Shown here one piece after another: positions 33,612 to 43,263 of a stretch of DNA of 61,602 bases. Origin of the DNA: a virus. A program made the translations under genes and the position numbers. Within the stretch, counting starts at the first letter, position 1; every line of letters starts with the position of its first letter. The DNA is taken from the IMG/VR virus record IMGVR_UViG_3300045988_170590. One strand, written 5' to 3'. The notes below the pieces were generated by a model that did not search any database, was not told the origin of the DNA, and saw nothing but the letters and a program-made list of their open reading frames with translations.

Positions 33612-34078
33612 TGACATATTGGAAAATGTACTTGAAAAGGACTATTTACGATTGTTGTTACATTCTTGGAATACCCGAACCCAAAATAAAATGGCAACCG
33701 CAAGATAAATTCCCCACGGAAACTTTGGTGTCTGCCATAACAGGCTACAAAGGCGACTTAACAATTTTATTGTCAAATCAGTTCCTTTATAACGATATGA
33801 CCGACGCAAATCTCGCATTTTTTATTATGATTGTTGCACACGAACTGCGGCACTGTTGGCAAATTGAAAACGATTTAATAAAAGACTACGACATAACATT
33901 AGCGAACAGCGGCGATAAAAACGACTACAATAATCAAGAGGTTGAATTAGATGCCTACGGCTTTGCGTTCGCTTATTTAAGAAAAGAATACCACGTTGAG
34001 CCTATTCTTCCCCTTTCGGAAGAAACAATAGAAAACATACGCAAACACAGAGATACCATTGAAAAGGAGTTGTTTTAA
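33611..34078 (+). CDS. Putative zinc metallopeptidase (HExxH)
   Basis: MIVAHELRHCWQ motif. Confidence 0.5.
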   Translation: MTYWKMYLKRTIYDCCYILGIPEPKIKWQPQDKFPTETLVSAITGYKGDLTILLSNQFLYNDMTDANLAFFIMIVAHELRHCWQIENDLIKDYDITLANSGDKNDYNNQEVELDAYGFAFAYLRKEYHVEPILPLSEETIENIRKHRDTIEKELF

Positions 34079-34079
34079 T

Positions 34080-34247
34080 ATGTTTCCTTACACTCCTCAA
34101 CCCACAACAGACTATAAGCCATGCAATATATGCGGAAAGATATGTTTCAATTCCGACCTTGTTTGGACGGCTAAACACGCAGGAATATGCAAAGACTGCT
34201 ACAATAAATTAAAGGAGCAAAAGAACAGTGAGCGAAATAAAATTTAA
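34080..34247 (+). CDS. Small zinc-ribbon-like protein
   Basis: CNICGK...CKDC. The ATG at 34080 follows a GGAG. Confidence 0.5.
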   Translation: MFPYTPQPTTDYKPCNICGKICFNSDLVWTAKHAGICKDCYNKLKEQKNSERNKI

Positions 34248-34704
34248 TGTCGGAGATAAGGTAATATCATCTATGGGATTACAAGGCAAAATCGAAAAAG
34301 TTTTTAATGGGAAAGACTATATTCTTGCCTATATCAAATATGAAGACGGCAAAGAAGAATATATCACAGAATGCGATAAAACGCAAAACTTTGATTCTTT
34401 TTATTTAATCGGAAAGAATGTGTTTGGCAACAAAATCGATAAAGAAGAACTACAAAAAGAACTCGCCGAAATTGAAGACCGCAAGAAGTTATTAAGAAAG
34501 CAACTATGGCGACTTGATAACGTTATGGTCGAAGATTGGAAAGAGAAAAAAAACGACCGCATAAAGCGGGATAAAGAGACTGCCGAAATGCGTGTTGACG
34601 ACACCATAGAACGGCTTAAATCTCTCGTCGATAATTTGCCCGACGGCAACAAGAAATCAACCTTAAACGCCGCGATAGCCGCCTACGAAACCAATAAAGA
34701 TTAA
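34228..34704 (+). CDS. Hypothetical coiled-coil protein
   Basis: 158-aa ORF with a GTG start after a GGAG. Last gene of the rightward module. Confidence 0.55.
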   Translation: MSEIKFNVGDKVISSMGLQGKIEKVFNGKDYILAYIKYEDGKEEYITECDKTQNFDSFYLIGKNVFGNKIDKEELQKELAEIEDRKKLLRKQLWRLDNVMVEDWKEKKNDRIKRDKETAEMRVDDTIERLKSLVDNLPDGNKKSTLNAAIAAYETNKD

Positions 34705-34706
34705 AA

Positions 34707-34738
34707 AATAGCCCGCCGATTGAAGTCGACGGGCTATT
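34707..34738. terminator. Bidirectional terminator between the convergent rightward module and the late operon
   Basis: AATAGCCCG...CGGGCTATT stem flanked by an A run and a T run. Confidence 0.7.
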
Positions 34739-34739
34739 T

Positions 34740-35588
34740 TTATGCTCCACCTATTTTGAAATATTTAATTTTGCTTGTACTTGCCGAAGGTTTTATTCCT
34801 GTTGACGCCCCCGAGGTGGCAGCGAGATTGCTTATCACAATCGACCCGGTTTGATAAAGAATTAAAGACTCGTGCATTTTGTCGCCAACAAATACAAAAG
34901 CAAACCTACCTGTCGCGCCGTCCTTAGAACCACCGACAATGGTAAAATCAGCCAAATTATAGGTTGAGTCAAAACACTGCACCGCGTACATAGTATTTAA
35001 TTCAAAATACAACTGACGTCCTGCCGTCATTATTGTTTCTTTTACCAATCCAAATGTCGTCGAAACGGTATAAGACTTGGACGACTTAGTGATAGCGATT
35101 GTACTTCGAGTAAAAAAGTCTTGCGAAAAACTATAATACCATTTCGTATAGTTGTCCTCATTTGAAAATTGAAACAATGAAGACGAAGAGTTTATCGCCG
35201 TTCTAATCATTGCCCCGTTTTCCAATCTTGCATACTGCTCATCGGTAAATGTACCGCTACTGCTTGCCCCTATATCGACTATATCGACGGGAGTATCGAC
35301 ACTTAAATCGACAGGCAACCAAGCCACGGCATTGCGGAAAGAATCGTAAGTCGTAGCCACAAAAATATAGTCGCCGACGTTTGAATTTGCCACTGCGGTC
35401 GAATACGGAACGGAGATAACCGAGGATATATCGCCGATAAGTCTCACGTTCATTTTGGTAGATGTCTTTGAAACAATTTGGGCTTTATAAGTCCTTAGGC
35501 ACTCTTTTGTAATTTGGGCGATCCTTTCGTCAACGACCTTTTCAATCGCCCTTTTGATTGCAATACTGTCTGTTAAATCTGTAAGCAT
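34740..35588 (-). CDS. Distal tail / receptor-binding candidate (last late gene)
   Basis: 282-aa ORF at the end of the tail module. Function assigned by position only. Confidence 0.4.
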   Translation of the reverse strand: MLTDLTDSIAIKRAIEKVVDERIAQITKECLRTYKAQIVSKTSTKMNVRLIGDISSVISVPYSTAVANSNVGDYIFVATTYDSFRNAVAWLPVDLSVDTPVDIVDIGASSSGTFTDEQYARLENGAMIRTAINSSSSLFQFSNEDNYTKWYYSFSQDFFTRSTIAITKSSKSYTVSTTFGLVKETIMTAGRQLYFELNTMYAVQCFDSTYNLADFTIVGGSKDGATGRFAFVFVGDKMHESLILYQTGSIVISNLAATSGASTGIKPSASTSKIKYFKIGGA

Positions 35589-35597
35589 AAGTTTCTC

Positions 35598-36920
35598 CTA
35601 TACTCCCGATGAGGAAGTCACGGTAAAATTCGGAATATCAGTTACGCTTGTTGCGTTAATCGTCATCGCACCTGTTTCACCTATCGGCAACGAAAATGAA
35701 TTGATTAAGTGCCTTTCCGTTGGGCTGCCGGGCTTATCCGTCCGCTGCACCGAAACTAACTGATTTTCGACCAAGTGGAACATTTGACTGCTTGTTATAT
35801 TTACTGATTTCTGCAACACAGTCTTCCTCTTTAAGTAATATTCGGCAAGCGCAAGACATTGTTTTGAGTTGAAATAATTTGCTTTGGTCTCCCGGTAGGT
35901 TTTCAGTCCTATTGCCTGTATACTCGTATCGCTATTCGGGTCGTTATTGCTCGCTCTTCCCCAGACACCGCCGGAAGTGTTTCCACCGCCCGAGATGATT
36001 ACGTCGTTATAAACCTGATCGTTCTTGATTGTTTCCGATATTTGCGATAAGTTGCTGTTACGTTGTGTAAACTGCCATAAGACAGGTTTTTCAATATCGT
36101 TTATATCAGTTTGCGACGGGTCTAATCTTAATGCTCCCGTTGGGTCATAGCCTATCGTTCCTGCCAGCATTTCGTTTAAGTCCAACACTAATTGACCGAA
36201 CGTACTGCCGCCGTCTCGGGATATATTATACGGAACTGCGGTCATATAAACCGTTCGCGTTTGAGAGCCGTCGCCGTCCTTAACGTCATAAGTCTTATTG
36301 TCATAATAATTCGTGAATATCGGCGACACATTATCAATCATCGCTAGAATGTCCGAAGTAAGTTTATGATCGTATTGCGAGGTTTTTAACAGATTTGCAA
36401 TAGCGGTATAAATAGAATTTTGAACACTGTTTTGCGATACCGTATATGTATCTGTTAAATTTCCGAATAAAGAGCCATCCAAATTCGCCCACTTATCAAC
36501 CAACGGAAATGTGACGGTCTTACTGTTTTCACTCAATAACGATTGCGGATTTTTAATAAGCCCGACCATTTGGGGAAGGTAAAATTCAGTACCGTCAGGC
36601 AAAACAAGCCCCATTAAAAGCCTGACTTTCTGCCCGAACCAAATGTTGTTGACATTATATTCAAACGCGTTATCTAAATCCGATAATTTTATACTTGCTT
36701 TACGCCTTGCCCCGTTCTGAAACGACACATTGAGCGTACCATCTTGAACTAATGCGGCAGATTGATATTTCGGATTATATCCACGTCTATATCCGTTTTC
36801 ATTACTAAGAAAAAAGGCAACGGAATTATCCGGTTGAAGAAATTCCACTTTTGTCAGTTTCTGAAACGGATTTAATAAAGCGTCCAAATATTGCAAATAA
36901 CGCTCGCTTTGATTAGCCAT
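35598..36920 (-). CDS. Tail / baseplate-associated protein
   Basis: 440-aa ORF, two genes downstream of the tape measure. Confidence 0.5.
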   Translation of the reverse strand: MANQSERYLQYLDALLNPFQKLTKVEFLQPDNSVAFFLSNENGYRRGYNPKYQSAALVQDGTLNVSFQNGARRKASIKLSDLDNAFEYNVNNIWFGQKVRLLMGLVLPDGTEFYLPQMVGLIKNPQSLLSENSKTVTFPLVDKWANLDGSLFGNLTDTYTVSQNSVQNSIYTAIANLLKTSQYDHKLTSDILAMIDNVSPIFTNYYDNKTYDVKDGDGSQTRTVYMTAVPYNISRDGGSTFGQLVLDLNEMLAGTIGYDPTGALRLDPSQTDINDIEKPVLWQFTQRNSNLSQISETIKNDQVYNDVIISGGGNTSGGVWGRASNNDPNSDTSIQAIGLKTYRETKANYFNSKQCLALAEYYLKRKTVLQKSVNITSSQMFHLVENQLVSVQRTDKPGSPTERHLINSFSLPIGETGAMTINATSVTDIPNFTVTSSSGV

Positions 36921-36928
36921 AGTTCTCC

Positions 36929-39058
36929 TTAATTTTGTCTGGGATTATTCCAATTCTCATCGTCGGGAGTTTGAATTAAAACAATATTTTTCATACTGCC
37001 GATTTCTTCCCACGGAATTGATACCGTAACTTCCTGAATATTCGATTTTGTATTTATCGTTTGGGTTATCGGGGCTGAAATTGCGACCATATAAATGTTG
37101 CCTTTCATATCCTTTAAGAAGAACGTATTCGACGATAAACTTGCCGCATACAGAGAATCCATTAACTGAGCCGAATCCGAATACACCGCATTAGACACAT
37201 TCGATAAAAGAGCCTGTAACGTTCCACTCTTCCCTCGCCTGCTCGACGCCTGACGTAAACGATAACCGGTAAAATTCGAGAGCCAATTTGGCGTATTGTT
37301 GTTGCCTATACTTCCCGCCAAAATGTTATTCCCGAAAACCCAATATCTGACAACGTGAAATACATTTTTTTCATTGCTATCAACCTGCTTGCCTTCAATC
37401 AGATAATATGCGTTAAACGTCGGAGTTAAATCAAGGTCACTATACAATATAGGTTTATCGTCATTCAAGTTTTTTAACTCATATGTATATGTTCTATTCG
37501 AGCGAGTACCGTAATCCCTTAGTTGAGACGCTGCACCCAGTCTGACAAACAACTTTTCCGATTGTTTATCCCGACGATAAAACACAGCCGTGGATTTTAC
37601 CCCTTTAATATCTCCTGCGTTAAGAGGCTCAGTCTTTCTTCCGCCGGCAAAATTCGTTAAAAACTTAACTCCGTTATCATTCCAAGAGGGGTTTTTATCT
37701 TGAAACATATCGGTAGAAAGCGTTAATTTGCTTAAACTGATTGCAACGCCTGCCACACAAGGCACTCCACTCGGAATTGTATTGTCAGCAGTAATTTCAA
37801 CCCAATTTATGGTTATTGTTCCTAAATATGACAGTGACTCACCCTGAATTAAACTTCCGGTTGTTGTATCATAGATATAAACCACGCGTTCGTTTCCGTC
37901 GATTTCAATAATGACATCTTCGACCGACACCGAAAAAATATGTTTTTGAGTGATAATACCGGAGCGGTTTTCAACGGTTATAGTTTTGTTATCACTACTG
38001 GTATAAATCCCTGTATATATGGTAGAACTTGAACTTTGGTTGTAAAAATAGAATTTCAAGCCATTCACTACTTTGCAACGCAAGTATATATAATACTCGT
38101 AATGATTAAAATTCAAAATCTCTCCAACTACAACTTTTGTTCCCATTAAATATTCGATATTCGTCCAATCGATATATGCGTTTTCACTCGTTTCGTCAAA
38201 GCCTAACCACTTGTTAATAATACCGCAATTCTTATAACTTTCGGGAATTGACATTTTTATGGTATCATTATTGATTAGGCTTGTATAAGGAGCATTGCAA
38301 GCAAGAGACCAATCGCCTCCGTTTGTTTCTTTCGATAGATAAGTTATACTCGTCGTAGCAGAAACAACCTGTCCGCTCGAAGTTTCGATCGTACATTCGG
38401 CGGTATAAGTCAAACGTGTCAGCAACCCCTCAAATTCATACTCCAATAACGACGTCGCCACCGGGAACGTGTCATCAATCAATTCGTCGTTACAAAACAA
38501 ACGCCACCGAACCCATGCAATGCTGTCGTGTTGGTCTTGTATATAAGTACCTTTTACGGTCGCTTTTGCGAGAGTTGAACCGTCATGGTCTAAAAAAAGT
38601 AAAGGCGTAGTACGCGTTATAACCGCCGAGGGAGCAACTTGCGTTATAGTTTTGAGTCTATTACCCTCTTTCCAACATTGAGTTATATAAAACGCATATT
38701 CACCGCCGTTAGTCATTTCCAACGACGCAGCCCAATCTATCGTATCTCCGCTGTTATTTATAAATTCAGCGGTAAAAACATTCGGATTACCCTTTGCGTC
38801 CGCAGGATATACAGGCGGGTCAACGCTTTTAAGTTGAATGCCTAAATCATTACTCAAATCACCCGTTATCGGATAATGTCCGATTTTTCTATAAGTTCCG
38901 TCATTTTGTTTTATATAAGAATCGATACAATATCCGACAAGCGGAGAACTGCCGTTTAACTGCCACGATACCTTAGCCTTATCGGCAGTGTCCACAACTC
39001 CACCGCCAACGCCGGCAAAAGACGAAGGGGTTATGTTGGAAGGTTGAAATAAAGCCAT
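36929..39058 (-). CDS. Large distal tail protein
   Basis: 709-aa ORF immediately downstream of the tape measure gene. Confidence 0.5.
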   Translation of the reverse strand: MALFQPSNITPSSFAGVGGGVVDTADKAKVSWQLNGSSPLVGYCIDSYIKQNDGTYRKIGHYPITGDLSNDLGIQLKSVDPPVYPADAKGNPNVFTAEFINNSGDTIDWAASLEMTNGGEYAFYITQCWKEGNRLKTITQVAPSAVITRTTPLLFLDHDGSTLAKATVKGTYIQDQHDSIAWVRWRLFCNDELIDDTFPVATSLLEYEFEGLLTRLTYTAECTIETSSGQVVSATTSITYLSKETNGGDWSLACNAPYTSLINNDTIKMSIPESYKNCGIINKWLGFDETSENAYIDWTNIEYLMGTKVVVGEILNFNHYEYYIYLRCKVVNGLKFYFYNQSSSSTIYTGIYTSSDNKTITVENRSGIITQKHIFSVSVEDVIIEIDGNERVVYIYDTTTGSLIQGESLSYLGTITINWVEITADNTIPSGVPCVAGVAISLSKLTLSTDMFQDKNPSWNDNGVKFLTNFAGGRKTEPLNAGDIKGVKSTAVFYRRDKQSEKLFVRLGAASQLRDYGTRSNRTYTYELKNLNDDKPILYSDLDLTPTFNAYYLIEGKQVDSNEKNVFHVVRYWVFGNNILAGSIGNNNTPNWLSNFTGYRLRQASSRRGKSGTLQALLSNVSNAVYSDSAQLMDSLYAASLSSNTFFLKDMKGNIYMVAISAPITQTINTKSNIQEVTVSIPWEEIGSMKNIVLIQTPDDENWNNPRQN

Positions 39059-39070
39059 ATAACTGCTCCT

Positions 39071-42000
39071 TTAATTTAGTAAACTCATATTTTCAAATAA
39101 TTGCACAATCGTTTTCGTATGAGCGTCTTCCACGCTTATAGGAACTCCGTTTACAACATAAGAATTATTATTCGAGTTGTCAACGGCACTTCCGCCGTTA
39201 GTTATAACATCGCCTTTCGACAACACCGGACTACGGTCAGACGCCCCGAATAACAATCCCAGACTGTCGGCAAAAGCCTTAAACTGTGCGTTAGAGGTCG
39301 GATTTAGAATTTTCTCGGCTAATGCCGGGGGCAACACTATTTCGTCTCGTGCCGTCGCTTTTATTCCACCTAGCCCTTGTAAAACACCACCACTGTCATA
39401 TGTTGCAAAAGCCTTTTCGGTACGCGCACCGCTACCACCGCCACCGGTCATTGTCGACGATGAAGAACTACCGGAAGTGTTGTCATCTGTCGCACCGTCG
39501 GAACTGTCACCGCCCGTCGGACGAATATGTACACGTCCTGTTTCTTCAATCGCGTCGATAATTTCATCTACGAATTTAGGCGTTTCACCCGTTCCGAAAG
39601 TTCCATTATATGCCTCAGCCCATTTATTGAGAACTTCAAGCAATGTATCGTTCGTAAGATTGCCTTCCTTAAACAATCCCATTGCCTCATTCCAAGCAGC
39701 GTCGGCAACGCTTTCTTTTGCTTTATCGAGATTTTTTTGAGCGTTTTCGACAGCCTGTTCGTTTCTCTGCCATTCCCAATTCCCCGTTTCTGCGTTAAAC
39801 ACACGAACATTACGTTGATTTTGAGCATCGGTTAAAGCCTTTTCCGCCTCTAAAACCGACAGTCTTTTTTCTTCGTAATCACTCGTTTCTTTTTGGGTAT
39901 CGCGAATTTTTTTGAGCGTTTCATAAATATCTTTATACTTCCCGGCGACCTTAGACAAGTCGTCGACCCAACGAGACCCCGGATTATAAGAACTTCCGCC
40001 GCTTTGCAAAATCGAATCAAGAATATCTTTAACAGCATTTTGCTCAATCCCCGTCGAGGCGACCGCCTGCATTATATCATACAGCAATGAGTCATATTCT
40101 TTTTCCGAAGATACACCATCTCTCGCGAGTGCTTTATAAGCAAGGGCTTTTACTTGCGCCTCGATAAAATTGTCAAGCGATTCTTGTATTTTGTCTGCCG
40201 TTTTTGTTATGTAATCGGACATTACGTCGTCGCCATTTAAGAATGCCTGTTTCGCCGCCTTTCTTAAATAGTCGATTCTGTCTGACGCATTACTGTTCAA
40301 CGCATCTAGGATTTGACTAGCATTATCACCCAAAACACTACCGGCAAACCCGAAACCATCGCTGTTATTTTTTGTGTCCTCGTTAATCTTCGAGGCATAA
40401 ATATCTGCCGCGTTCTGACTTTGAACACTCAGGCTTATGAGTTCTTGTGACGCCAACTCTTTTAATTTGTTGTTGTATTCTTCTGTTCCCTCGGTTAGCC
40501 CGCGTAACGCTTTTGCCCTATCGCCAAGTTGCGAGACGATCTCTTTTTGTAGTTCACAATATTTTGTATCTTGCTCTGCTGTCCTATCTTGAATGTTGGA
40601 CAGTTCGTTATATCTCGTCGATAATTGAGCAAATTTATCGCCTTTCTCCTTTATCGACTCATAAGCCGATAGTGTCTCCTCTCTTGCCTCTTCTGCCCGT
40701 CTTTTCTCTTCTTCTGCTTTTTGGGTTATATGATTATATATTCCGAAAATGACAGTCGATACAGCCAAAGCCACAGTAACAATATTACCTACGGTAGACA
40801 AAACCATTGATAACTTTTGTTGCTTAGCAGATAACAACTCAGTCTTAACCGCAAGTTTTTCCTCTTCCGTTCCAAGAGACTTTAATTTTAATTTTAACTC
40901 ACTGATTTTAAGCGATAATGTGTTTAGAGACGGCGTGACTGTTGACCTGACCTCTCGTGCCAATTTAGAAAAATGTAAAATTATTTTTGACAATCCGGCA
41001 CTGATTTTATTTTTTGTCAAAGCCAAAACAACAGTCGAAATAGAAACCAACAGCGTCTTTATGCCGCCTATACTTTCTATAAAGCGTAAAAGTGTAGTTG
41101 CTAATTCGACCAAATGTTTTTTCAGCCCTAATATTCCCTGTTCATCATTCGCAATGGCTTGCCATTCGGCTTTTAATATATTAAGTTTTGCCGAGTATGT
41201 ATCGAGGTATTCCTCGTTTTCTTTTTGCGAATACCCCTCTGCGCTGGACAACTTATCCTGCGCGGCTTGAACGCTATCCATATTGTTCAAGAGGGCTATA
41301 AAATAGTTTTTACGGAATGTACTTGCCGTATCGTAAATTTCGGTTACTTTGGCATAGTTTTCCCCCAGAGCGTCTTGCAACTCTTCATTAAGGTCTCGCC
41401 AGTCAGAGTCGCCGAATAGACCCGAAAGAATGCCTTCCGAATCACTGTTTGTGCCTGAAATTTCTTTCGACAAACCCTGCCAAATATCTAAAACCGTGCC
41501 TTGTCCGTGTCTGAAATTCTCGACAATATTCGCCATATTCTCGCTTAACTTAGCAAAAGTATCGAGTGCGGAACTTTTCGTGGAGAATTGAATAAGTGAG
41601 TTGACGGCTGTGCCGAGATTTTCACCACTTCTACCGGTCGCCTCGGATAAGGCGGTTATAATACTTACCGTTTCATCAAGCGAAAGATTTGCATTTTTAG
41701 CGGACGAACCTGTTCTTTGTAAAGCGGTTAAAAGTTTATCTGTCGTAACCGCGGCATTATCTGCGGTAATATTAAGTTTGTCGACGATAAGCAATAAATC
41801 GCTTGCCTCTAAGCCGAATTGTTGCATTATGGCGATCAATCCGTCAGATGCTTGCGTTGCGTCGAGTTCTGCAACATTAAGGGCTATAACTGCCGCCTCG
41901 GTTGCTTTCAGCGTGTCGGCGGTATTCATACCGGAACGCGCGAAATTAAGAGCAATTTGACTTACATTTTCAAACGTCTGCCCATAGTCTGCCGCCAATT

Positions 42001-42604
42001 TATATAATTTATCCGACAGGTCTTTGTTTCCGATAGATCCGCTCGGTAATACACGTTGTAATTCAACAATTCTATCTTCCGTCTCAACAAGCGTTTCATT
42101 GATAGACTGAAACGCACTCTTGATAAGGTTAAGCGGTTGCATTACCAAAGTCGCTACGACTTGCCAACGTAAAAAGCCATGCATCATCGAGAGCATACCT
42201 TGCTGATTATCCTGAATCGCTTTGGTATTTTCTTTTACAGCCTGTGTGCTTTTAGTTTGAGTTTTTGTGTAATCTTCTACCGCTTTTGTCGCTTTGATTT
42301 TGGACGCAAATTCTTTGTTTTCTGCGTCCAACTGTTTCGTTATCGCCGTTGCGGTTTTCGCCTTTTGTTGGGCTAATTTTTGTTCTGCAATAGCGTTTTT
42401 ATTGTTGGTTTGTAAAGTCTTTTGCGCGACTTTTGCAAGAGAGTTATAATACTTCGTTAAAGAGTTTATTTGCGCCGTAAGGTCTTTATTTACCTTAACG
42501 CCACTTAAAGAATCGGCAACCGACTTTATAGAAGTTTCGAGTTGCTTTAATTGCTCGGTGGCAAGAGTATTTTTCAGTTGTACGTCAAGTATTATTTTTG
42601 CCAT
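39071..42604 (-). CDS. Tail tape measure protein
   Basis: 1177 aa. Long coiled coils, internal hydrophobic segments and a TP901-type core (QTFENVSQIALNFARSGMNTADTLKATEAAVIALNVAELDATQASDGLIAIMQQFGL). Confidence 0.85.
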   Translation of the reverse strand: MAKIILDVQLKNTLATEQLKQLETSIKSVADSLSGVKVNKDLTAQINSLTKYYNSLAKVAQKTLQTNNKNAIAEQKLAQQKAKTATAITKQLDAENKEFASKIKATKAVEDYTKTQTKSTQAVKENTKAIQDNQQGMLSMMHGFLRWQVVATLVMQPLNLIKSAFQSINETLVETEDRIVELQRVLPSGSIGNKDLSDKLYKLAADYGQTFENVSQIALNFARSGMNTADTLKATEAAVIALNVAELDATQASDGLIAIMQQFGLEASDLLLIVDKLNITADNAAVTTDKLLTALQRTGSSAKNANLSLDETVSIITALSEATGRSGENLGTAVNSLIQFSTKSSALDTFAKLSENMANIVENFRHGQGTVLDIWQGLSKEISGTNSDSEGILSGLFGDSDWRDLNEELQDALGENYAKVTEIYDTASTFRKNYFIALLNNMDSVQAAQDKLSSAEGYSQKENEEYLDTYSAKLNILKAEWQAIANDEQGILGLKKHLVELATTLLRFIESIGGIKTLLVSISTVVLALTKNKISAGLSKIILHFSKLAREVRSTVTPSLNTLSLKISELKLKLKSLGTEEEKLAVKTELLSAKQQKLSMVLSTVGNIVTVALAVSTVIFGIYNHITQKAEEEKRRAEEAREETLSAYESIKEKGDKFAQLSTRYNELSNIQDRTAEQDTKYCELQKEIVSQLGDRAKALRGLTEGTEEYNNKLKELASQELISLSVQSQNAADIYASKINEDTKNNSDGFGFAGSVLGDNASQILDALNSNASDRIDYLRKAAKQAFLNGDDVMSDYITKTADKIQESLDNFIEAQVKALAYKALARDGVSSEKEYDSLLYDIMQAVASTGIEQNAVKDILDSILQSGGSSYNPGSRWVDDLSKVAGKYKDIYETLKKIRDTQKETSDYEEKRLSVLEAEKALTDAQNQRNVRVFNAETGNWEWQRNEQAVENAQKNLDKAKESVADAAWNEAMGLFKEGNLTNDTLLEVLNKWAEAYNGTFGTGETPKFVDEIIDAIEETGRVHIRPTGGDSSDGATDDNTSGSSSSSTMTGGGGSGARTEKAFATYDSGGVLQGLGGIKATARDEIVLPPALAEKILNPTSNAQFKAFADSLGLLFGASDRSPVLSKGDVITNGGSAVDNSNNNSYVVNGVPISVEDAHTKTIVQLFENMSLLN

Positions 42605-42657
42605 AAGTCCGCTCCCGTTTATATGAACTACCGAGGAATCCTCGGTTGCTGTCTAAA

Positions 42658-43191
42658 TTATCTGTCTTTACTTTTAAGGTAAGAATCTTTCAAGTCGACA
42701 CCCTCATTCGGTGTGTCTTTTTCGATTTTATAAGGTTTCATATATGCGATGAAATTATCTAAAATTTCTGTTTCTTGTTCTTTAACAAAATTATTCCAAA
42801 ACGGACGCGGCGGCGGGTTTCCCCATAATTCGCCCGTTTGTATGCTTTCAATTAAATCATTTCCATTATTTACCTTTCCGAAATACTGATAAGCATGTTC
42901 CCCTGTCGGTGAGTAATCAAAAGTTAATTTGCCGTTATCTACGCTTATAGTGATATTCTCAGGATCGCCAAGCGGTCGACCCAAACTCGGATTATCCGTT
43001 CTTCTTTGATATGATACCGGCGTATATCCCTCATACCAAGTTCCAAACAAATAAGAATAAAATGAATACAACATATCTCCGCTTACTTTCTGTAACGCTA
43101 CGGGAATGTGTTTATTTATTTTTTCCGTCTCTTTTTGCACGTCGCTTTCAAGCCCGACAATCCCGACGCCCACTTTCAGAAAATCATTCAT
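42658..43191 (-). CDS. Tail-module protein (function unclear)
   Basis: 177-aa ORF between the putative tail tube and tape measure genes. No G/GT-type frameshift partner seen. Confidence 0.45.
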   Translation of the reverse strand: MNDFLKVGVGIVGLESDVQKETEKINKHIPVALQKVSGDMLYSFYSYLFGTWYEGYTPVSYQRRTDNPSLGRPLGDPENITISVDNGKLTFDYSPTGEHAYQYFGKVNNGNDLIESIQTGELWGNPPPRPFWNNFVKEQETEILDNFIAYMKPYKIEKDTPNEGVDLKDSYLKSKDR

Positions 43192-43263
43192 TTTACACCT
43201 ATAAAAACAAAACGCTATATCTACGCCCGTATTTCAGAGCGTAGATAGCGTTTTAGTAAAAAA

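Noticed and set aside
27092-33909. CGAACAG copies as LexA (Cheo-box, CGAAC-N4-GTTCG) operators
   Set aside because: Only the CGAAC half is present. None of the copies has the inverted GTTCG partner at the right spacing, and CTGTTCG does not occur on the same strand in the interval.
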